A DNA stretch of 53,093 nucleotides, the filler included, from Malassezia furfur (taxonomy: Eukaryota), in assembly GCA_052055015.1 (NCBI GenBank). It is 2 parts of 2 records of this genome, joined end to end, with 100 filler letters (N's around TTAATTAATTAA, not from the genome) between each part and the next. Parts side by side here need not be neighbours in the genome. Positions count along the whole stretch, not along the records: positions 26,620 to 53,093 come from JBQJIT010000125.1; 1 more part is not named here. One strand, 5' to 3'. The notes under the pieces are model-generated. The model saw only the letters and a list, made by a program, of their open reading frames with translations. It searched no databases and had not been told where the DNA came from. Positions 45,093-53,093 of the stretch are shown one piece after another (the stretch's first letter is position 1; each line of letters starts with the position of its first letter). The position numbers were made by a program, and so were the translations under genes.

Positions 45093-47118
45093 CTATGACA
45101 CTTGCTGCGTTCGCAGCGGCATGGCGAGTGCGTCGAGGTCGCCGACACTGACCTCGTGCACATGGCCGCGGAACACGTAGCGTACATACAACGACTTCTT
45201 TTCGCCGATGCATGGGTCGAAGAACCCGACGAGTTTGGACTGGGTCAGTGTGTGTACCTACCTTGGACCGCCCCGCAGGGATCACCAGCTGGCTCTGGCT
45301 CACGAGCATCTGCAGCGGCACACGCACGTCCCACCACAGCGGCTGGTTCTCGGAAAAGACGCCGTGCGGCACATCGATGGGCCGCGCCACGAGCGCTAGC
45401 AGCTCCGTCTTGTTCGTGCACGCCTCCGCAGCGACCGGCGTCGGCGGCGGGAAGTGGTGCTTGGCGCCGTAGCACGCCTGCACAATCACCACGCCCTGCC
45501 GGTCAAACTCGATTTCGGCACGCTTGAGCGCCTGGCCACGCAACAGCTCGCGCGTCTGTTCCGCCGAGACGCGGCGCTGCTCGATCGCGCCGAGATTGTC
45601 GCGGCGCACCTTGGCGACACGCTCGGCATGGATGCGCTGCCGCCGGGGTACAAAGTAGAGGTAGTGCGACAGGGCGATGACCGCCGCCGGCACCATCGTC
45701 GCGGCCGCCACCAGGTCCGCACGGAACGTGGGCGAGAGCGTGATGGGCAGCACGATACGCTGGCCCAGGCGCGACACGCGCACCTTGAACTGCACGCCCG
45801 AGACCAGGCCGCAGTCCATGCCGAGCATCACGCGGATGTTTTCCGTGACGCGGCGCTCGCCGTTGGTGAACACGGAGAAGCCCGTGCCCGTGCCGAGCAC
45901 GATGCCGCTGCGGATCAGGATGCCGCCGAGGATGCGCATGCTCCAGTCGTAGCCGACCGACAAATCCACCTCGGAGAGCGTCGTCTGGAACGTCCAGCCG
46001 GGCTGGTTCGGCTCCTGCTTCGTGACACCGACGATGAGCGCGCCCGTGTCCTGCAGCACGGCCTCGCCGCCGCGGCCAGCGCCCCAGGGGCCGATGGTAT
46101 ATGCGCCCGTCTTGTACGACGAGAAGCCAGTGAGCGTCGACGTGCTCGACAGGCGCTGGCCCCACGTCATCGTCACCGACGGCGGTGCCGCCAGCGTCTG
46201 GGCCACCACCGCATACGTAAAGAACAGGTTGTCGTCCACCGTGTACTGCCCCTTGGACGTGAGGATGTGCGGCTTGAGCAGCGTCGCACTCAGCTCGGAA
46301 AAGAAGTGCGGGCTCCAGTGCGTCTTGACCGTGCCGATCAAGTTGCCGCCGCCCATCCCGCCGCGGCTCATCATCTGGCCCGAGAGCGACACGGCCGTGG
46401 TGTTGGAGGTCTGCATCTCGAAGCTGTGCTTGCCGACGAGCTGCGTGCAGTTCACTCGGTCCAGCCGCTCGCCGAGCGTCAGCGGCCGCACCGGGCGCGG
46501 GCGCAGCGGCGTCACGACCGGCGCAGGCGTCGGCGCGAACAGCGAGCTCGCATCGATCGACGCCACAAACTCGCCGCGCGACTTGACCAGCCCCTCGGCG
46601 TCCGCGGCTTGCCGCAGCCGCGCCTGCCGCTCCATCTCGGCGCGCAAATCGGCAGGAGTTTGGCCAGGCACCGTGAGCGACCAGCTCGACTGCAGGCCCG
46701 CCTCGCCAAAGTGGTCATATACGGCCCGCTGCTCGGTATTGCTCAGCACCTCGTACGCTTTTTGGATGTCGCGGAAGGCGTCTTCGGCCATCGCCTTGTG
46801 CCGCGGGTCCGGATGTTTGTCGGGGTGGAAGGCGACTGCGGTTAGCACACGCGGTACGCACCCGCCAGTGTTTTGTACGCATCGCGGATCTGCTCCTCGG
46901 TCGCATCCTTGTCGACATTCAGCAGTGAGTAGTAACTCCGCGCCTCGGCATGCGTGTCTTCGGGCTCGTCGGTGTGCGCGTCACGGAACGGCGTGCCGCC
47001 AAACAGCGGCTCCTCGTCCGATGGTGGTGCGGCGCGTGCAGTGTCTGTGTGAGCATGAAGAAGCACAGCACGGGGACGTACTGTGCAGACGAAGGTCCGC
47101 GTCCATACGAGCCGACAT
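45093..47118 (-). CDS. DnaJ-domain protein, DNAJC11-like (DUF3395 C-terminus)
   Basis: YYSLLNV...FHPDK J-domain; C-terminal DVRVPLQMLV...GFFDPCIGEKKSLYVRY. Introns 47045-47081, 46836-46861, 45240-45261. Confidence 0.85.
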
Positions 47119-47428
47119 CCCCGGATGGTCCGTGGCGGTCGCAGCCGTAGGTGTGGAGGTGAGCAAAATTGGGCCAAATTGGAGAGGCTCACCGCAAGAT
47201 GCCTGCGGCCAGGTCGGCAGCCCACCTGGCTGTCCACCACACCGCGCCGCGCCGCACACAGACCCGCTCCGCAAGGCCTACTACAGTCCCCATAGATGCC
47301 CTATGTACCCCTTCCGCCACCGCGACGCGTCCGCCGCGCAGACCGCACACACACCGCGCTCGAGCCATTGGGCACATTTGCAATTAATCCAAGCATCGTC
47401 GCCGCCGTCGTCTCCACCGCACTCCAAC

Positions 47429-47829
47429 ATGTCTGAAGCGTCGCCGGCGCAGACCGCTCACGAGCCCACCGAGCAGGCATCGGGCGCGGGCACCGACATC
47501 AAGTCGGGCAGCCCGAACGACTTCCTCAAGGGTACGTACCGCTGCGCACCCTGGGCGGCGTGGCATCGGCACGGATCGTGTACTAACCCACGCAGGTGTG
47601 ACTGGGAAACGGGTCGCTGTGCGGCTCAACTCGGGCATCGACTACCTCGGGACGCTGTCGTGCCTGGACGGCTACATGAACATTGCCATGGAGGAGACGA
47701 CCGAGCACGTGGACGGCCAGCTCAAGAACCATCTCGGGGACGCCTTTATCCGCGGCAACAACGGTACGTCGACGCGCGCGCGCCGCGGTGCTAACGCCAG
47801 TGCTCTACATCACCGCCCTCGAGGGGTAG
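47429..47829 (+). CDS. LSM6: U6 snRNA-associated Sm-like protein Lsm6
   Basis: SPNDFLKGVTGKRVAVRLNSGIDYLGTLSCLDGYMNIAMEET...GDAFIRGNNVLYI; introns 47532-47595 and 47764-47800. Confidence 0.9.
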
Positions 47830-47921
47830 GCACATAGCCACGATCTTTGTGACATAGAGCTGCACACACGTACGGCGCGTCATCCGGCGCGCCGCTGCAT
47901 GCGCCCATGACAACGCGCGCG

Positions 47922-47939
47922 CACACACACACACACACA
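47922..47939. repeat. (CA)9 microsatellite
   Basis: Directly visible between the LSM6 and QCR6 3' ends. Confidence 0.9.
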
Positions 47940-47990
47940 TTTCTACGGTTCATGCAGTTGAGCAGATCGTTCGGGGTAACGCAGACGCCA

Positions 47991-48705
47991 CTATGCCAGC
48001 TTGGGGAACAGCTTCCTGTGGTTAGACCCGGCTTTGGCCGTCGTACGTACGGCGCAGTGCACTCGAGCGCACAGTGAGCAATGTGGACTGATGGTTAGCA
48101 TGCGCGGCGCGGTCTTTCGACATACAGCTGCGGTTAGTACGACGCGCACGGTGGGCGACCTACAATTCTTCCGTGCAGTCCTCGTGAGGGAATTGGACGT
48201 CGCCCTTGGTGACGCGCTCCTGGCACTCCTCAAAGTGGTGACGAGCGCTGGCGCAGGGGGCCGACTTTTCGCACGCTGCGCGTTAGCATCGCGTGCCAAT
48301 GTGCGCCGCGTACCTTCGTAAATCTGGGGCATGATCTAATCCATGCAAGCCAAGCGCGAGCAGCACGCGGCGCGCGAGGTCAGTATCCGGGGCTGCATCA
48401 TGGCGCAGTACGTACGTCCTCCGGCTCCTGTCGGTTAGTACGGGTGCGGTCGCGGCGTTACGTACGTCCTCGTCCTCGTCGTCCTCTTCCTCTTCCTCTT
48501 CCTCCTCGTCTTCGCCCGCCTCGTCGTCACCCGACTTCTCCTCGTCGTCGCCGTCGTCCTGGAGTCAGCATTTCGGCGCGCGCGTCGTGCGTACCTCGGC
48601 GTGCGCCACGGGGAAGAGCGAGGCGAACCAGCTCGTCGGAGCCGACTCCTCAACGGTCGTAGCAGAGCTCGTGCCAAAGTTCGTCAGGGCAGACAGCAGG
48701 GACAT
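47991..48705 (-). CDS. QCR6: Cytochrome b-c1 complex subunit 6 (hinge protein), 8 exons
   Basis: Exons 48705-48595, 48558-48466, 48427-48416, 48335-48314, 48275-48164, 48127-48126, 48087-48051, 48015-47991 total 414 nt (137 aa): acidic tract, then EPEDIMPQIYEACEKSAPCASARHHFEECQERV...DCTEEFFHIAHCALECTAPKLFPKLA. Confidence 0.88.
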
Positions 48706-48898
48706 GGTTTAGAAGCACAATTCGCGGTAGCTGGCGCTGAAGCGATACTCGCTGAGAAATTCACTTTCCCCCCGCTGACGGCCAGACCCCCGAACTGTCC
48801 CGAATTACCAAGCAAATGCACGTGACGTTTGTGGAGGCTCGGGGATTATCAGGCCACGTATCAGTGAGCCGAGCACCGCGTGGCTTCGGCTGGCTGCA

Positions 48899-48904
48899 TA
48901 TAAA
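48899..48904 (+). promoter_or_regulatory. TATA box upstream of Mala f 2
   Basis: TATAAA about 50 nt upstream of the ATG at 48950 in GC-rich context. Confidence 0.55.
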
Positions 48905-48949
48905 GCCGGGTGGGCCGTGCTCACAGCTTCATCTTCCACGACAATCATT

Positions 48950-49559
48950 ATGCCTGGTGTAGGTACCGCGAAGTGACACGCATGCTGACCATCAGGATCC
49001 TACTGCTACTGCCAAGGGTAACGAGATCCCCGACACCCTCATGGGCTACATCCCCTGGACCCCGGAGCTCGACTCGGGTGAGGTGTGTGGTATCCCCACC
49101 ACCTTCAAGACCCGCGACGAGTGGAAGGGCAAGAAGGTTGTGATTGTCTCGATCCCGGGTGCCTACACCCCCATCTGCCACCAGCAGCACATCCCCCCGC
49201 TTGTGAAGCGTGTGGATGAGCTCAAGGCCAAGGGTGTCGACGCCGTGTACGTCATTGCGTCGAACGACCCCTTCGTCATGGGTATGTACTGCTCTGTCAT
49301 TTCTTTATGCTAACCGACAGCTGCCTGGGGCAACTTCAACAACGCCAAGGACAAGGTCGTCTTTGCCACCGACATTGACCTGGCCTTCTCCAAGGCTCTC
49401 GGCGCGACGATCGACCTGAGCGCCAAGCACTTTGGTGAGCGCACGGCCCGCTACGCTCTGATCATTGACGACAACAAGATTGTCGACTTTGCTTCGGACG
49501 AGGGCGACACTGGCAAGCTCCAGAACGCGTCGATCGACACGATCCTCACCAAGGTCTAA
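48950..49559 (+). CDS. Mala f 2: Prx5/Ahp1-type peroxiredoxin, allergen Mala f 2
   Basis: MPGDPTATAKGNEIPDTLMGYIPWTPELDSGEVCGIP...PGAYTPICHQQH...DTILTKV; introns 48959-48995 and 49282-49320. Allergen identity is from recall. Confidence 0.9.
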
Positions 49560-49899
49560 AATGGCGCATGTGCGTTGTGTGACCACTACCTAAAGGGTCC
49601 GTAGAGTTCCAAGTCAAGTCGTATATTTTTTTTTTACAGGATGGTGTGTACTGCCACCTGCCTTTGAGCAAGGCGTGCCAGGGGCTGGGGCGATGCGCAT
49701 CGATGGAGCGCCCCGCCCCATCGGCTCCCGCGCCGCTGGACCGGAGTGTGCACGGGCACGGGACGCCGGCGCGTGGGGTGAAGCATGGAGAAGTTTCGAT
49801 GGCTTAGTCAGCGTGATCAGGCCGGGACGGTGCACGGACGTGGGCCCTGCGCTCAAAAGGGACGGGGCGGCGCACGGAGCGCCGACACCTACGTCCAAC

Positions 49900-50435
49900 A
49901 TGGTATGTGGCGCGCGGCGCTCACACAGTCTGCGGAAATTGGCTCGACGATCCCCAACGCTACGTTTGCATACGTGCCGTACAGCCCCGAGCTCGAGGAC
50001 CACAAAGTGTGTGGCATGCCGACGAGCTTCCAGAGCCACGAGCGCTGGAAGGGCAAGAAGGTGGTGATTGTCGCGGTGCCCGGTGCGTTCACGCCGACGT
50101 GCACCGCGAACCATGTGCCGCCGTACGTGGAAAAGATCCAGGAGCTCAAGAGCAAGGGCGTCGACGAGGTCGTGGTGATCTCGGCGAACGACCCGTTCGT
50201 GCTGAGCGCATGGGGCATCACCGAGCACGCCAAGGACAACCTGACGTTTGCGCAGGACGTCAACTGCGAGTTCTCCAAGCACTTTAACGCGACGCTGGAC
50301 CTGTCGTCGAAGGGCATGGGCCTGCGCACCGCGCGCTACGCGCTGATCGCGAACGACCTCAAGGTCGAGTACTTTGGCATCGACGAGGGCGAGCCGAAGC
50401 AGTCGTCGGCCGCGACGGTGCTGAGCAAGCTGTAG
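49900..50435 (+). CDS. Mala f 3: Peroxisomal Prx5/Ahp1-type peroxiredoxin, allergen Mala f 3
   Basis: ATG, 26-nt intron 49903-49928, then SAEIGSTIPNATFAYVPYSPELEDHKVCGMP...PGAFTPTCTANH...VLSKL (PTS1). Allergen identity is from recall. Confidence 0.9.
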
Positions 50436-50446
50436 TGCCGTTCTAC

Positions 50447-53093
50447 TTAGTCAAACAATCGGGTATAGTCGCGTTGGTCCATGGGGTCCGATTCCGCGAT
50501 CGCGCGCTCCGGGTCGCTGGCGTTGCGCGCCTCGAGCTGCGCCTTGAACCGCTCGACGTGGTGCAAACGCGTGACCCAATCTGTGTGAGTGCAGGGCGGG
50601 ACGTACTGCTCGTGTAGGGCACCATCGATTCGCCCGTATCGAGGTAGATCTGGCTCATGAGGTCGCAGTGCATCGCCAGGTTGCACACGAAGCGGGGGAG
50701 CGCATCGAACGAGACGAGCTTCCCTGCGCCGACCGCGGAAAAGTCGGGCAGCCCGGGCCGCCGCTGGAGTTCGACGAGGACTGCGGTGTGAGTGCGGGGC
50801 GCGCATACGTACAAAACATGTTGTCCGTCACCTCGTACGCCTCGACGCCGTTGCGCAGGATCGAGTGCGGCGAGATGACAATGTTGCAGAAGTTGAACTG
50901 GCTCGCGATCGTCCCAAACTCGTACGGCCGGTTCGACTCGTTGAACACAATGTGCACCCAGTCGTTGCCGATGAGCGCCTTCTTGGCCGCGTGCGTCGGG
51001 TCGTTGGGGCGGTTCGGCATGAGCGTCGCGGTGTGGAAGACGATCTGCTTGATGTTGTCCTTCCAGATGTATGCATACTTCCCGTGCTCGTCCTGCTGCC
51101 GGTCGAGGCCGTCCGTGTACACGTCCTCTTGGCCCCGCAGCGGGATCAAGTCGCCCAGGCGCGACAAAAACTTCATGTACGCCGACGACCCAAACGTGTT
51201 GCTCAGAATCTCGCGCTCCGTCTGCTGGTGGAAGCCGACGTACAGCACACCAATCTTGTGGAAGTCGTACACGGGCGTCAGGTCGATCGCGCGCAGCAGG
51301 CGGTCGGTCGCCGCATTCGACGGCAGCCGCAGCGGCGCCTGGTCGACGAGCATGTCCGGGTACGCGCTGAGCTGCAGCGCCAGGAAGGTGGGGAACGCGT
51401 CGGTGTCGCGCTTGCGGGGCGGCGCAGCGCTGGCCGCTGGCGTCGCGCTGGACGGTGCGGCGCTGGACGGTGCGGCGCTGGACGGCGCTGCGCTGGACGG
51501 CGCTGCGCTCGCAGCCGGCGCTGCACTCGCAGCCGGCGCGTCGGTGGCGCCGGGCGCTGCCGCCGTGGGCAACGTGGGCGCCTCAGCCAGCGCGTCGGTG
51601 GCGTCTTCGCCCGTGTGCGCCGGCACGTCGGCGGCCTGCTCGGCGGTGCGCGGCGCAAGGGCCGCCGCATACGCCTTGCGCTCCGCACTCTGCTTGTCCT
51701 TGTAAAACGCGGGGTGCGTGAGCGGCGACGGCGCGAGGCGCGCGGGCTGTGCAAGCGCGCTGGCACAGCGCGTGCGCGTGAGCGTGAGTGGGAGGAGATC
51801 GGCCATGCGCTCCTCGTCGACGAGCGTGTTGGACGGCTCGTTCTCGATCTTGGACACCATGGACGTGATGCCCGACGGGCGGCGGATGAGGATCTCGACC
51901 CAGCCGTTGCGCTTGAGCGCGGTGAGCGTCACGAGGCCCTTGCCCATGAGCCACGTCTGCGACTCGCTCGCGTGTCCCGGCGCGGCGCGGCGCGGCGCGT
52001 TCGGCTGCGAGTTGGTCACGAGGAAGCGGATGAGCGAGCGCGTGGGCTTCGACTGCGCGTTGCTGTACGTGAAGCGCGCGAGGAAGTCGAGGCACACAAA
52101 CGTCTGGTCGGTGAGCTTGTCGCGCCCCTCGTTGGCGAGCATGAGGCCGCGCGTGATGTGCGGCACGTGCTTGGGCCGCTCGGCGAGGCGCAGCGTGAGG
52201 AACCACTGGGCGATGGTGCTGTACGCGAGCATCATCACGTACTGCGAAAGCGAGAAGCGCGCGGGGCTCGAGCGCATCGCCTCGCGCGAGCTCGCCTCGG
52301 AGCTGTGGTGGTACTGGATGTACTGCAGCGCGATGCCAAACACGCGCTTGTAGTCCGCCTCGGTGAAGTTGGCGTACGTGCCCGGCAGCCCGCTGATCTC
52401 CACGAGCAGCTCGAGGATGTGCACGCTCGCGGCCATCGACGACATGATCGTCGACAGCTTCATCAGGAGCGCCGGCACGAGCCGCGTGAACGACTTCGGC
52501 AGCTCGTAGCACGCGACCACCAGCGCACGCACGCACGGCTGCGCGGTCGTCTGCGACTTGGTCAGGCCCGCCAAAAACGCCTCGAGCAGCGCGTCGTGCT
52601 GCGCACGCGACAGGCACCGCCGGTAGCTCACCAGCACGGTCAGCGTCGCGTACAGCACCGCGTACATGTCGGTGCGCTTCACGTCGTCGGGCAGCAGCAG
52701 GTTGGGGAACTGCCGCTGCTGCAGCAGCAGCGTGCACAGCAGCTCACACAGCGCCGCGACCTGCTCGCGCGCGTGCGGGCCACAGAAGCAGTGCTTGTTC
52801 GTGAGCTGCGCGGGGAGGTGCGTGATGATGTACGACACCACGTCCCAGTCCGCCTCGCTCTGCAGCAGCCCGATCAGCACGCCCAGGTACTCGGACGTGG
52901 GCAGCACGAGCGCCTCGTCCGCACTCGGCGCCGCCTCGGGCACCTCGTCGCCGACGTGGTCGTGCGCATACACGCGCCACAGCATGCTCGGCCACTCTTC
53001 GTCGGGCAGGTCGACCGCGACACGCTCGGGCACGCGCCACAGCGCGCGCGGCTCGGGCGGCGCCGTGGCGGTGCCTGCGCGCGGCTTGGCGCC
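50447..53093 (-). CDS. TSC2: Tuberin/Tsc2 Rheb-GAP (5' end outside the window)
   Basis: DWDVVSYIITHLPAQLTNKH and SVHILELL tuberin domain, IRRPSG, Rap-GAP domain (FHKIGVLYVG..Q, IVFHTATLMP, KKALIGND); intron 50781-50812. Confidence 0.92.
51438..51540 (-). repeat. Coding tandem repeats in TSC2 linker (15-nt APSSA and 18-nt APAASA units)
   Basis: Four near-copies of GCGCTGGACGGYGCN on the + strand plus two CTCGCAGCCGGCGC units. Confidence 0.8.

Noticed and set aside
48380..48403. ATGATG...CTGA in the QCR6 80-nt intron as a C/D snoRNA
   Set aside because: The C box is imperfect, the span is far too short, and CTGA is part of the branch point.
51438..51540. Short tandem repeats resembling an array
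   Set aside because: In-frame low-complexity coding repeats in the TSC2 linker with no spacers; not CRISPR or a mobile element.
28969..53093. SIN1 and TSC2 as a TOR-pathway cluster
   Set aside because: About 19 kb apart with a dozen unrelated genes between; consistent with chance.

Overview
Gene-dense, GC-rich fungal (basidiomycete yeast) DNA, most likely Malassezia furfur, because two tandem peroxiredoxin genes translate to the Mala f 2 and Mala f 3 allergen sequences as I recall them. I can support 33 protein-coding genes: a Ste20/GCK kinase (partial), Ssh4/Ear1-like SPRY protein, bZIP factor, KTI12, Mtf2-like protein, PRP5, TRF4, PCH2, eIF3i, PP2C, PAQR/IZH, Cdc25-like rhodanese, TAF8, ENA ATPase, a secreted GPI-like protein, Rdx/SelW-like protein, Hst3/4 sirtuin (spanning an assembly gap), NOP15, p23, SIN1, ACO1, TRR1, MUP1, a secreted carboxylesterase, RPL4, MET16, GUD1, DNAJC11-like protein, LSM6, QCR6, Mala f 2, Mala f 3 and TSC2 (partial). 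I found no convincing tRNA, rRNA, CRISPR array or transposon. The most unusual signal is the splicing architecture. About 45 GT-AG introns can be inferred by restoring conserved protein motifs, most only 21-29 nt long. QCR6, which is absent as a protein from the ORF track, has 8 exons including a 2-nt exon. The 155-nt RPL4 intron can fold into a long hairpin. Also notable are near-zero intergenic spacing, upstream in-frame presequence-like extensions, a sulfur/redox gene neighbourhood and recurrent CACGTG promoter motifs. All intron calls and gene names are manual inferences without RNA-seq or database searches.
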